Assembly: GCA_039030075.1 (NCBI GenBank)
Contig: JBCCEW010000009.1
Span: 43,204 to 107,203, forward strand
DNA from: Myxococcota bacterium
GTDB lineage: Bacteria; Myxococcota_A; UBA9160; SMWR01
Direction: 5' to 3'
DNA length: 64,000 nt
Shown here: piece after piece, positions 1 to 8,721 of the stretch
Layout of the letters: each line of letters starts with the position of its first letter
How positions within the stretch are numbered: position 1 is the stretch's first letter
Notes under the pieces: generated by a model
Seen by the model: only the letters and a program-made list of their open reading frames with translations
The model's database searches: none
What the model was told of the DNA's origin: nothing
Made by a program: the position numbers and the translations under genes

Positions 1-1
1 G

Positions 2-109
2 CCCGACCCGAAGCGTCTCGCACGGGTGTTCACCGACCTGCAGCGCACGATCGCGGTGCTCGTCGCCGACCGTCTGCCTCCCGAGGTGAAACTCGAGGAT
101 CTGCCCTAG
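2..109 (+). CDS. 3' end of an unidentified CDS entering from the left edge (partial)
   Basis: Open frame from position 2 to TAG 107-109 (...RVFTDLQRTIAVLVADRLPPEVKLEDLP*). Third-position G/C bias matches neighbouring genes. Too short to assign a family. Confidence 0.35.
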   Translation, partial: PDPKRLARVFTDLQRTIAVLVADRLPPEVKLEDLP

Positions 110-3100
110 CGCGTCTTCCCGGCTCCGCGGCGTCGCGCCTGGAAGCCCGCGGCCGCCAGGAGCCCGCCGACGAGAACGACATGGAGCAGCGGACCGCTAC
201 TGGGAACGGGGACCGCGGGTTCGGACAGGCCGGCGTCGAGGAGCGTGACGCTGTCGACCGGGCCCCCTTCGATCACCAGCACGCCGCCCAGTACGCTGGC
301 CGTGACGCCCTGGGACGCGAGGGTCGGCTCGCTGCCGATCGCAGCGGCCAGGGCGCTGAGCACCGCCACCGCCGTCTGGCCCGGCGACGTCGTGACCATC
401 ACCGCGACCCCGGACACGCTGACTTCGACGCTGCCCCCCACGGCGACACCCTGGAGTTTCACCAGGTCCTGCCAACCGCAGCTGGCCGAACAGCCGTCGA
501 AGCCGGTGGTGTTGCCGTCGTCGCAGGCTTCGGCGAAGTCGACCGTTGCGTTGCCGCAGCGCGCGGCGTCGAGGGGGATGCGGAAGAAGGCGCCTTTCTC
601 CGGGCCGGCGACGTCGCTGCCGGGCGCCCCGACGAGCGCGTTCCAGGCGGGCGGCACCTCGCTCGGGTCGAAGGCGAGGGCGTTGGCGAAGCGATCGCCC
701 GCCGCGACGGCCGAGGGCGGAACCCCGATGCCCGCGGCCGTCTCGACCTCGTCGTCGACGCGTCCGTCGGCGCCGAGCAGCAGCGACCAGAGACGACCGG
801 AACCGTCTTCCGGGTTCCCGACGAGCAGGTCGGGCACGCCGTCGGCATCGAGGTCGCCCGCGCCGGCGAGGGCCGAACCGAACAGGCCCTGGTCGGGCAG
901 GATGCCGAGGAAGTCGCCTTCGGTGTCGCTCAGCTTCTGATGTCCGAGCACGCTGCCGTCCACGTCGAGGAAGAGCAGCCAGACCGCCCCGCGCGCGAAG
1001 CCTCCGTCTCCGTCGCGCGGTGCCCCGACGGCGAGGTCGTCGTTCCCGTCGCCGTCGACGTCGCCGGGCGACGTGAGGGCACTGCCGAAGAGATCGAAGT
1101 TCTCGAGGGCGCCGCTGAAGCCACCCTGGGTGGCACTGATCTTCTGCTCGGAAGTGACGTTGCCGCTCGTATCGAAGAACAGGATCCAGGCGGCGCCGAC
1201 GCCGAAGAGCCCGCCGTCGGCATCGCCGGGCACGCCCACGGCGAGCTCGGGAACGCCGTTGCCGTCGAGATCATCGATGCGCGCGAGGGCGCCGCCGAAC
1301 GCGACCGCGTCGCCGAGCGTGCCGCCGAACCCCCCGACCGTGTCACTGATCTTGCGTTCGCCCACCACGGTTCCGTCGGCGGCGAGCGACACGATCCACA
1401 CGGCTCCGCGGTCGGTGCCGCCGTCGTCGTCGCCGGGAGCGCCGATCGCGAGTTCCATGAAGCCGTCACCCTCGAGGTCCCCCAACCAGGCGAGCGCGCT
1501 GCCGAAGCGATCGTCGGCCTCCAGCGCGCCCGAGAAGCCGCCCAGGCCGGATCCCACCCGCAGCGCGTTGTCGGTGGAACCCAGCGCATCGAGCTCGAGG
1601 ATCCAGACCTCGCCCGGAAGCGCGCCGCCGGGCTGCGGGGCACCGCTGGCCAGACTGCGCAGGCCGTCGCCATCGAGGTCCCCCAGCACCGCCAGGGCCG
1701 AGCCGAACGCGTCTCCGGGGAAGAGCGGTCCCGCGAAGCCGGATTCGCTCTCGGTGGTGCGCGCCGCGCCGCGCGGTTCGCCCGCGCGTCGTTCCTCGGT
1801 CGGGTCGGTCGGAGTGCCGCAGCCCGGGTCGGCGGGGAAGTCGATCGGTCCGTCGGCGTCGTTGTCGACGGCGTCGTCACAGAGCAGGCTCGCGGACTGT
1901 TCCGAGGTGTCGAGGGCGTCGTCGCATCCCGCGTCGAGCCCGTCCACCCCGCCGTCGCCGTCGTTGTCGAGGCCGTCGTCGCAGATCCGCGACGGGTCGG
2001 TCTCGGTGGTGTCGAAGACCGAGCTGCAACCGCCGTCGAAGAGGTCGACGGCCCCGTCGCCGTCGTTGTCGACGAAGTCGTCGCAGGGGAGGGCGGCGTC
2101 GTTCTCGGTCAGATCGGACGCGTCGCTGCAGCCGGGATCCGCCGTGTCGGTGAATCCATCCCCATCGTTGTCGAGCCCGTCGCTGCAGCCCGCGGTCAAG
2201 ACGGCGATCCAGCCTTCGGGGTCGCCCTGGGGATTGATGCCGTTGCCGACGATCACCTGGCCGTCGCTCGAGACGGCGACCGCTTCCTGGAGCGTCCAGC
2301 CGTCGGCGGCGGCGATGTGATAGACGTCGCGCAGCACGTCGGCGATGGCTTCGGTGCCGTCGGCGGCGTTCCAGCGCGCCGCGCGCGCGAGCGTGCCCGA
2401 CCCGCTGCGTCCCACGACGAGGCTGCCGTCGCCCGATGCGCCCTGGGCACTCTGGAGATTCGGGAGCAGGGTCACGCTGCTGCCCACCATGCGGAAGGCC
2501 TGGAGACCCGTGACCGGATCGTCCTCGTCGCCCACGATCACCGTGCCGTCACCCGAGAGGCCGCGCGCCACGAGGGTCTGGAAGCCCGGGGCCAGGCTGC
2601 GCAGGGCGGTGAGGGTTCCCGCCTCCCAGCGGAACCCCTCGTTGCCCGCGCTGCCACCGCCGTCGGATTCGCCGACGACGATCGCGCCGTCGGCGGACAC
2701 CGCGTTCGCCGCACTCAGGAACGTGCCGCCGGGCAGATCGCCGAGGCCCGACAGCGACGTGCCCACCCAGCGCGCCGCTTCGAGCTCGAGGTTCGAGAGC
2801 GGTCCGACGCCGCGGATGCCGACCGCGGTCTGTCCATCTGCGGACACGTCGAGCGCGCTCGCGAGGGGGGCCGCGCCGAGGTCGGTGAAGGCGCCGCCCT
2901 GCCAGCGGAAGCCGTGGACCTCGAGGCTCGACACGCTGCCTTCGCCGACCACGATGCTGCCATCGGCCGAGACGCCGTAGGCCACGCTGGCGAACGGGCT
3001 GCCGGGGAGGTCGCCGAGACCGGTCAGCGTGCCGGCCTGCCAGCGGAAGGCCTCGTCGCCGGAGCTCGACGCGCTGCGGCCGACGACCGTGGTTCCGTCG

Positions 3101-3207
3101 TCGGAGACGTCGAGCGCTTCGGAGAAGAAGCCGCCGCCCGAGAGGTCGCCGACGCCCTCGAAGCTGGCGGCGGTCGCCGTCGACGCCAGCGCGACGCCGG
3201 CCCACAC
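106..3207 (-). CDS. Large secreted/cell-surface mosaic repeat protein (HAF repeats, Cys-bracketed DNDGDG repeats, FG-GAP repeats, Myxococcus-type Cys-rich repeat, PEP-CTERM-like C-terminal sorting signal)
   Basis: C-terminal 1033 codons of ORF 106..5328; the rest of that ORF is an artefact. About 8 HAF-type repeats (..VSADGxxVVG....EAFRW/HGFRW..GDLPGG) lie at nt ~2188-3160. Four C-x-D-x-x-DNDGDG-x-x-D...GC repeats lie at nt 1819-2187. Six FG-GAP repeats (FGSALA..GDLDGDG..DLAVGAP...GAVW) lie at nt ~568-1707. 'CGNATVDFAEACDDGNTTGFDGCSASC' lies at nt 475-558. The tail 'PVPSSGPLLHVVLVGGLLAAAGFQARRRGAGKTR' lies at nt 109-216. The start is set at in-frame GTG 3207 and is uncertain. Confidence 0.8.
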   Translation of the reverse strand: MWAGVALASTATAASFEGVGDLSGGGFFSEALDVSDDGTTVVGRSASSSGDEAFRWQAGTLTGLGDLPGSPFASVAYGVSADGSIVVGEGSVSSLEVHGFRWQGGAFTDLGAAPLASALDVSADGQTAVGIRGVGPLSNLELEAARWVGTSLSGLGDLPGGTFLSAANAVSADGAIVVGESDGGGSAGNEGFRWEAGTLTALRSLAPGFQTLVARGLSGDGTVIVGDEDDPVTGLQAFRMVGSSVTLLPNLQSAQGASGDGSLVVGRSGSGTLARAARWNAADGTEAIADVLRDVYHIAAADGWTLQEAVAVSSDGQVIVGNGINPQGDPEGWIAVLTAGCSDGLDNDGDGFTDTADPGCSDASDLTENDAALPCDDFVDNDGDGAVDLFDGGCSSVFDTTETDPSRICDDGLDNDGDGGVDGLDAGCDDALDTSEQSASLLCDDAVDNDADGPIDFPADPGCGTPTDPTEERRAGEPRGAARTTESESGFAGPLFPGDAFGSALAVLGDLDGDGLRSLASGAPQPGGALPGEVWILELDALGSTDNALRVGSGLGGFSGALEADDRFGSALAWLGDLEGDGFMELAIGAPGDDDGGTDRGAVWIVSLAADGTVVGERKISDTVGGFGGTLGDAVAFGGALARIDDLDGNGVPELAVGVPGDADGGLFGVGAAWILFFDTSGNVTSEQKISATQGGFSGALENFDLFGSALTSPGDVDGDGNDDLAVGAPRDGDGGFARGAVWLLFLDVDGSVLGHQKLSDTEGDFLGILPDQGLFGSALAGAGDLDADGVPDLLVGNPEDGSGRLWSLLLGADGRVDDEVETAAGIGVPPSAVAAGDRFANALAFDPSEVPPAWNALVGAPGSDVAGPEKGAFFRIPLDAARCGNATVDFAEACDDGNTTGFDGCSASCGWQDLVKLQGVAVGGSVEVSVSGVAVMVTTSPGQTAVAVLSALAAAIGSEPTLASQGVTASVLGGVLVIEGGPVDSVTLLDAGLSEPAVPVPSSGPLLHVVLVGGLLAAAGFQARRRGAGKTR

Positions 3208-3273
3208 CAGCGCGGCGCTGCACGCGCGACGACACCGGTCGTATACTGAACCCCCCTGCCTCGGAAGGCTCCC

Positions 3274-3933
3274 GTGTCTGCTCCTGATGCCACCGCCGAG
3301 AAGACGAACGCCCGCGATCGCCAGAAGGCGGCGACCTGGGAACGCATCCTGGGCGCTGCGCGCAGCGTGTTCTTCGAGTGGGGCTTCGCCGACGCCAGCC
3401 TCGACGAAGTCGCGAAGCGTGCGGGCGTCGCGAAGGGCACCCTCTACCGGCATGTCGAGAGCAAGACCCACCTCTTCGTCGAGGTGTTGATCCGCGACAG
3501 CGAGGTCTTCATCGAGGAGATGGCGCGCGTGGTCTCCCAGACCTTGCCGCCGACCGAGAAGGTGCTGGCGATCGCGCGCTTCTACGTCGACTTCTTCCAC
3601 GAGAACCCCGATCGCGCCCAGATCCTCTGGGCCGTCGACAACCAGGACTGGATCGGCGAGATCCAGCCCGACGTCGTCCAGCGCGTCACCCAGCTCTTCG
3701 AGTCCCAGCTGCGGGTCTTCTCGGACGTGATCCAGCAGGGCATCGAGAGCGGTGAATTCGCCGACTGCGATCCCTGGGTCGTGGCCTACGCGATCTGGGG
3801 CCTCGGCGACTGCTACCTCAACCAGGCGCGCAGCCGACCGCGTCAGGTGCTCTTCGGGAAGCCGATCCAGGTGCTCTACGACGACGGTCTGCGGCTGATC
3901 CTCAGCGGCCTCCTGCGCCGCGAGCCGGCCTAG
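3274..3933 (+). CDS. TetR/AcrR family transcriptional regulator
   Basis: N-terminal TetR HTH 'ILGAARSVFFEWGFADASLDEVAKRAGVAKGTLYRHVESK'. GTG start preceded by GGAAGG. Divergent from the surface-protein gene. Confidence 0.85.
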   Translation: MSAPDATAEKTNARDRQKAATWERILGAARSVFFEWGFADASLDEVAKRAGVAKGTLYRHVESKTHLFVEVLIRDSEVFIEEMARVVSQTLPPTEKVLAIARFYVDFFHENPDRAQILWAVDNQDWIGEIQPDVVQRVTQLFESQLRVFSDVIQQGIESGEFADCDPWVVAYAIWGLGDCYLNQARSRPRQVLFGKPIQVLYDDGLRLILSGLLRREPA

Positions 3934-3947
3934 ACGCGGCGAACGCC

Positions 3948-5918
3948 TCACGGCGGGTCTCCCGCTTCGGCCGACACCTCTCGCGGTCGCAGCACGATGC
4001 CGGGTTCTCGGCCGAGGCGTTCCGCCATGGCTTTCGCATAGGCCTGGAAGAGCGGTTGGGTCTGCTCGGTATCGAATACGAACTGGGGATCGCGCCAGTC
4101 GCCGTGAATGTGCTCCACCACCAGTGTGCGGTCCTCGCCCGGACCCCCGAGTCCGGCGTCTAGCTCCTCGCGCACCACGAGGTCGCCCGCCAGATCGAGG
4201 GCGCCGTCGGGGAGCGCGATCGTTCCCGCGAGGTAGAGACTCGCGTAGGGGTGTTCGAAGGAGACGGCGTCGAGGGCCAGCCGCGTGGGTTCGAGCCGGA
4301 AGCGTCCGGTGAGGTGATCGAAGCGCTCGCCCTCGTCGCCGTGGGCCGTGCGCGTGTCGATCGCTTCGTCGGGCCAGGGAAAGGCGGCGTCGGGAACGCG
4401 CCCGTCGCGCAGATCGAAGTGGCCCGCGCCCGACGGTCGCTCTTCGAGTCGGCCCGCGAGAGCGAGCTCGAGATCCAGGAAACCTTCGAGGCCGGGCCGA
4501 CCCTGGAGCGCGGTCAGCAAGCGACCGATGTCGAGCGACCGGGTCTCGACCTGCAGCGCGTAGTCGCCGTTCCGCGTGTCGCCGTGTCCCGACACGCGAG
4601 CCACGCCCCCCGCGAACTCCGCCTCGACGCCGTCCGTGGTGAGCCGGCCCGAGGCGAATGCGAGCACGCCGTTCCAGGTGGCGGTCAGCGGCTGGGCCTC
4701 GGGTGCCGGCGTGGGCGTCGAGACCCGGGCCGCTTCGAGGTGGACCTGGAAGGGATCGCTGGCCGCGGCGCGCGTGAGACGGACCCGCCCGTCCCGCGGT
4801 GCCCCGGGACCGCGCCACCAGGCCCGGAGGGCGGTGAGTTCGAGTGCCACGGAGACGTCGGAGAGCTCCGCCCCCGCCTCCGCCCAGCGCACGCGGAGAT
4901 CCCCCGCGAGAGGATCGCTCGCGACGGCGAGGGTCGCCGCGGGATCCTCGCTCTCCGAGGTAGGTGCCACGTGGATGCGCAGCGCTTCGCCGGCGGGTTT
5001 CGTGAGCCAGTCGCCGAGTGCGAGTCGCGCGGAGCCGAGATCGAGGGAGCCGCCGCCCGCGCGTCCCAGTGCAAGGGTGGCATCGCCGTCGAGTGATCCC
5101 GAAGTGCCTGCGAGGTGGACGCCGGTGAAACGCACCTCGCCTCCGCGCGCGCGCCAGGTGTCGCCGTCGCCTTCGAGTTCGATCGCGCCGGTCGCTTCTC
5201 CGCCGAGGCCGAGTCCGTCTCGCAGCGGCTCGCTGAGCCAGGAACGCCAGGCGTCCAGGCGGACGTCGGCGAAGTCGACCGCTGCCTGCCAATGCGTGGC
5301 TTCCCGGAAGAGCCCCCCCTGGGTCCACTCGAAGGCGCGCACGCTCCCCCGACCCGGGAGCGCCGCCGACGCGCGGACGCCGACGGACAGATCCCAGCCG
5401 AGACCGACGCGCGCTTCGAGCTGCTCGACCTGCCAGGCTCCGGCGCGCACGCGTCCTTCCCGGAGTCGCGCCGCCGTGATGACCCAGCCGGGAGCCCCCG
5501 CAGCCGCCGACACCGAGCCTGCGTCCTCGCCGAGGTCAGGTGTCGGAAAGGTGGGCCGATCGTTTGCGTCGGTGGCGAGGACGAGCGTGAACCCGTCGAC
5601 GTCGACGGCATCCACCGAGGCCTCGCCGCGCAAGAGTGAGAGGAGCGAGAACCCGAGGCCCACGCGGTCGGCGTCCAGACGGGAGCCGCCGGCCTCGGCG
5701 TGGACGCCCGTGAGGACCACGCCCGGCGGCCAGAGGCGGCGCTCCGCGGCTTCGAAGTCGAGATCCAACTTCGCTTCGGCGCGCACGAACGCGCCGAACG
5801 CGTGGCCGATGCGCTCGGGCTCGGTGGCCCAGGCCACCATCGCCACGCGTCCGCACAGGACGAGCGCGAGGGCCAGCGCGAGGCCGGCGACGAGTCGGAG
5901 GAGCGAGGGACGCTTCAC
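3948..5918 (-). CDS. AsmA-like envelope protein (N-terminal membrane anchor, AsmA-type C-terminal region)
   Basis: GTG start. N-terminal helix 'LLRLVAGLALALALVLCG'. Long beta-rich body. The C-terminal segment 'FDHLTGRFRLEPTRLALDAVSFEHPYASLYLAGTIALPDGALDLAGDLVV' resembles the AsmA C-terminal region (from memory). Confidence 0.6.
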   Translation of the reverse strand: MKRPSLLRLVAGLALALALVLCGRVAMVAWATEPERIGHAFGAFVRAEAKLDLDFEAAERRLWPPGVVLTGVHAEAGGSRLDADRVGLGFSLLSLLRGEASVDAVDVDGFTLVLATDANDRPTFPTPDLGEDAGSVSAAAGAPGWVITAARLREGRVRAGAWQVEQLEARVGLGWDLSVGVRASAALPGRGSVRAFEWTQGGLFREATHWQAAVDFADVRLDAWRSWLSEPLRDGLGLGGEATGAIELEGDGDTWRARGGEVRFTGVHLAGTSGSLDGDATLALGRAGGGSLDLGSARLALGDWLTKPAGEALRIHVAPTSESEDPAATLAVASDPLAGDLRVRWAEAGAELSDVSVALELTALRAWWRGPGAPRDGRVRLTRAAASDPFQVHLEAARVSTPTPAPEAQPLTATWNGVLAFASGRLTTDGVEAEFAGGVARVSGHGDTRNGDYALQVETRSLDIGRLLTALQGRPGLEGFLDLELALAGRLEERPSGAGHFDLRDGRVPDAAFPWPDEAIDTRTAHGDEGERFDHLTGRFRLEPTRLALDAVSFEHPYASLYLAGTIALPDGALDLAGDLVVREELDAGLGGPGEDRTLVVEHIHGDWRDPQFVFDTEQTQPLFQAYAKAMAERLGREPGIVLRPREVSAEAGDPP

Positions 5919-5957
5919 GAGGAACCCACGACGGCAAAGCCCGCGGGCGAAGCGCCT

Positions 5958-6662
5958 CTAGGGCAGGAAGCCATCCAAGAAGGTCTCACATTCGGAGACC
6001 AGGGGTCCGTCCGGAATCGCCTCGGCGGTCGAGAGCGGCAACTCACCGGTAATGGTGAGGCCGTCGAGCAGCGGATTCTCGGACTCGAAGACGAAATCCA
6101 GCTCTTGCACCAACGAGAGCGGCAGATCGCCTCCGCCGATCACGCCCAGGAGATCGAGCAACGTGATCGGCGCCGTGACGTCGATCGCGACGGGGAAGGG
6201 GATTGGCTCGCCGCCGAACAGCGAGAGCACGATCGGGTCGACGGGCACGATCAGGGCGTTCGCGGTGGTCTGGATGCCGAGTTGCCGGCTGGCGAGGGAC
6301 ACGGACACGCTTCCCCCGCCCGGATCCGCCGGGTCGGCGTACTGGCACAGCGTCGACTGCAGCGGGAACGGCGGGATCACCGGAAACCCGGAGCCCGCGA
6401 TCAGGATCTCGGTGACGTCGATGGTGCCGTTCAGGGGCAGGCCGAACAGGATGCGCAGGAACGAGATGTCGATGTCGAGCTGGCTCTTCAGCCCGCCGGA
6501 CAGGTTGCTCGTTTGCGGTTCGAGATTCGGGATCGTCACTTCGATCGACGCGCCTTCCTCGACGGCGAGGACGACCTCCTGCTGGATGCTGCAGGCCACC
6601 GCACCGAAGGCGAAGGCCACGAGCAGACCGAGGTGGAACAGGCGGAGCAGCTGCGACGACAT
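5958..6662 (-). CDS. Hypothetical lipoprotein (234 aa)
   Basis: ATG at 6662 with GGGAGGA 6-7 nt upstream. Signal peptide plus lipobox 'LLVAFAFGAVAC'. Acidic, Pro/Leu/Ile-rich body that does not look like a high-GC artefact. The long ORF 5958..7733 is trimmed to this start. Confidence 0.7.
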   Translation of the reverse strand: MSSQLLRLFHLGLLVAFAFGAVACSIQQEVVLAVEEGASIEVTIPNLEPQTSNLSGGLKSQLDIDISFLRILFGLPLNGTIDVTEILIAGSGFPVIPPFPLQSTLCQYADPADPGGGSVSVSLASRQLGIQTTANALIVPVDPIVLSLFGGEPIPFPVAIDVTAPITLLDLLGVIGGGDLPLSLVQELDFVFESENPLLDGLTITGELPLSTAEAIPDGPLVSECETFLDGFLP

Positions 6663-6851
6663 AGGGTCCTCCCGTGAACTGGCTTCGACCCTATCACCGG
6701 GTTCGCACCCCGGAGAAGCGCTTTCGGGCGACTGGGAGTCGCCGACGCGCAGCGTGTGCGGCTGCGCAGGCGTTGCTGCCGACTTGCCGGTCGCGTCCCT
6801 CGAGGAAGGGCTACCTTGCACCGCGCCGCGCGCACCCGACGGGGAACCTCG

Positions 6852-7817
6852 ATGAACGAAGCGATGACCGAAGGAACGTTCCGATACCTGACGGCCGACA
6901 CCGCTTCCTCGCTGATGCGAAACGGGCGTGTGTGCACCCGCCGCGACCTCGACGGCAGCGACTCGGAGACCGTCGGCGTCGAGCTCGACGTCGTCGCCCA
7001 CCCGATCCGGAACGGGCGCGAGGGCGACACCCCTACCTTGGAAGCCCAGGGCTTCGCGCTGGTGCCCGACGCTCCCTTGCGCGACACCCCCGACTTCATG
7101 GACCACGAGGCGGTGGTGCGCCGCTACTACCCGGACTGTGAAGCCCGCGTGGCCGAAGCGAGCGGCGCCACCCACGTCTTCGCGTTCGACCACAACGTGC
7201 GCTCGGCGAGCGGCAAACGCGATCGCACGCGCATCGCAGGCGGGCAGGAGGTCCAGGCGCCCGCCCACGTCGTCCACGGCGACTACACGCTGACGAGCGC
7301 GCCCGCCCGGCTGCGCGATCTCACCCGTCCGCCCGGTCGGAACGACACGCTGCGGGCCTTCTTGCCCGAGGGAGCGGCGCTCGTCGACCAGGACCTCGCG
7401 GAGCAGGCGCTCGCCCCGGGTGGCCGCTTCGCGCTGATCAACGTGTGGCGCAACATCGTGGCGGAGCCGGTCGTCACCGACCCGCTTGCCCTGTGTGACG
7501 CCCAGACCGTCGAACCCAGCGACCTCGTGGTCTTCGAGATCCACTACGCCGACCGTGTCGGTGAGAACTACTTCGCGAAGTCGGCTCAACGACACCGCTG
7601 GGTGTCGTTTCCCGAGCTCACCCGTGACGAGGGCCTGCTGATCAAGCAGTGGGATGCCGCCGGGCCCCTCGCGCGCAGTGAGGGGGCTCGGGGCGACGCG
7701 TCCGAAGCCGCCCTTTCCACCTTCAGCTTCCACAGCGCCTATCGCGAGCCCGACCTGCCCGACGACGCGCCGGACCGCTGGAGCATCGAAGTCCGCTGCG
7801 TCGCGCTCTGGTCCTGA
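6852..7817 (+). CDS. CmcJ/NvfI-like oxidoreductase family protein
   Basis: 321 aa starting MNEAMTEG. The segments 'AHVVHGDYT', 'FALINVWRNI...DPLALCDAQTV' and 'DLVVFEI' match my recollection of the CmcJ (cephamycin methoxylase component)/GA4-desaturase-like family. Confidence 0.6.
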   Translation: MNEAMTEGTFRYLTADTASSLMRNGRVCTRRDLDGSDSETVGVELDVVAHPIRNGREGDTPTLEAQGFALVPDAPLRDTPDFMDHEAVVRRYYPDCEARVAEASGATHVFAFDHNVRSASGKRDRTRIAGGQEVQAPAHVVHGDYTLTSAPARLRDLTRPPGRNDTLRAFLPEGAALVDQDLAEQALAPGGRFALINVWRNIVAEPVVTDPLALCDAQTVEPSDLVVFEIHYADRVGENYFAKSAQRHRWVSFPELTRDEGLLIKQWDAAGPLARSEGARGDASEAALSTFSFHSAYREPDLPDDAPDRWSIEVRCVALWS

Positions 7818-7827
7818 GTCGTCCGGG

Positions 7828-8625
7828 CTAGGCCGGGGCGGTCTTCCCGAGGGCGGCCTTGCGCTTCGCCTCGAGCTTCTTCTGGTAGCCGGACTGGATG
7901 ACGTCGACGATCACCAGGACCACCACCGAGAAGTAGAAGGTGCTCTTTGCCATCGGCTCGACCTGGTAGCCGAAGAGCTTCAGGTGCGCGACGTGGCCGC
8001 CTTCGCCCAGCAGCACGATGCCGACGATCAACAGGATGAAGAGCCCGAGAACCTCGTACTTGCGGTTCCTCTCGATGAACGCGGAGACCTCGTCGGCGAG
8101 CAGCAGCATCGCGACCCCGGATGCGAAGATCGCCGTCGCCAGCACGGCGAAGACCTTCGTGATCGCCAGCGCCGAGAGGATCGAGTCGAAGGAGAAGATC
8201 AGGTTCATCAGCACGATCAGCGCGACGACCTGCACCGCCGATTTGGAGCTGCCGCCCGACTCGTGCTGCAGATCCTCGACCGAGAGCAGGTGCATGATCT
8301 CCTTCGACGCCGTCCACATCAGGAACGCGCCGCCGAGCAGGAAGACGACCGTGGCGAAGTTGAAGGAGCCCTCGATGACGCCGGTCCAGTGGATTTCCCA
8401 GAAGGGCGCTTCGAAGGTCGAGAGCAGGCGCATCACCAGGAACAGCAGCACCACGCGGAGCGCCAGCGCGATGATGATTCCCCAGCGCCGCACAGCGGCC
8501 CGGGATTCCTCGGGGGCGCGCTGGGACTCGATCGAGATGTAGAGCAGGTTGTCGAAGCCGAGTACCAGCTGGAGAAACAGCAGGATGCCCAGGTTGGCGA
8601 AGTTCTCGATCGTGAACAGGTCCAA
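7828..8625 (-). CDS. TerC family integral membrane protein
   Basis: TTG start with GGAGGA 8 nt upstream. Multi-TM protein with 'LFLQLVLGFDNLLYISIE' and a second half-repeat, typical of TerC/Alx proteins. Confidence 0.85.
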   Translation of the reverse strand: MDLFTIENFANLGILLFLQLVLGFDNLLYISIESQRAPEESRAAVRRWGIIIALALRVVLLFLVMRLLSTFEAPFWEIHWTGVIEGSFNFATVVFLLGGAFLMWTASKEIMHLLSVEDLQHESGGSSKSAVQVVALIVLMNLIFSFDSILSALAITKVFAVLATAIFASGVAMLLLADEVSAFIERNRKYEVLGLFILLIVGIVLLGEGGHVAHLKLFGYQVEPMAKSTFYFSVVVLVIVDVIQSGYQKKLEAKRKAALGKTAPA

Positions 8626-8721
8626 GACGCACGTCCTCCGGTGTGGGCGTGATCTTAGGCCAATCAGGGGCGCTTCCGAGCGCCTCGCCGACGCCGGAGC
8701 GGGGTTCGCGCGGCGTTTGCC

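Noticed and set aside
3240-3248. 9-mer CGTATACTG shared by two intergenic regions (3240-3248 and 31897-31905), considered as a common operator
   Set aside because: There are only two copies and no dyad symmetry beyond the GTATAC core. The better explanation is sigma-70-type -10 hexamers (TATACT) for the downstream plus-strand genes (TetR at 3274; class II aldolase at 32002), and even that is weak because the -35 matches are poor.
181-3249. 1022-aa plus-strand ORF antisense to the surface-protein gene
   Set aside because: It shows Arg/Gly/Ala/Asp-rich composition and no motifs. It mirrors the repeat gene on the opposite strand, where clear HAF and FG-GAP repeats are read. It is a high-GC antisense artefact.
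3208-3249. Twin-arginine (Tat) signal in the upstream extension '..DRCRRACSAAL' of the surface protein
   Set aside because: The RR is not in an S/T-R-R-x-F-L-K-like context, and the extension has no start codon.
3208-5328. N-terminal ~700 codons of the 1740-aa ORF 106..5328
   Set aside because: The translation is Arg/Pro/Gly-rich low-complexity sequence typical of an off-frame reading of GC-rich DNA. The region is fully accounted for by the TetR gene (3274..3933, +) and the AsmA-like gene (3948..5918, another frame of the minus strand), both of which carry recognisable motifs.
8626-8721. Possible yybP-ykoY (Mn2+) riboswitch in the TerC leader
   Set aside because: TerC-family genes are often preceded by this riboswitch. 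However, the leader is only 96 nt, and I could not find the conserved GGGGAGUAG or the paired-helix pattern. Only a simple GGCGCT-CGGA-AGCGCC hairpin is present.
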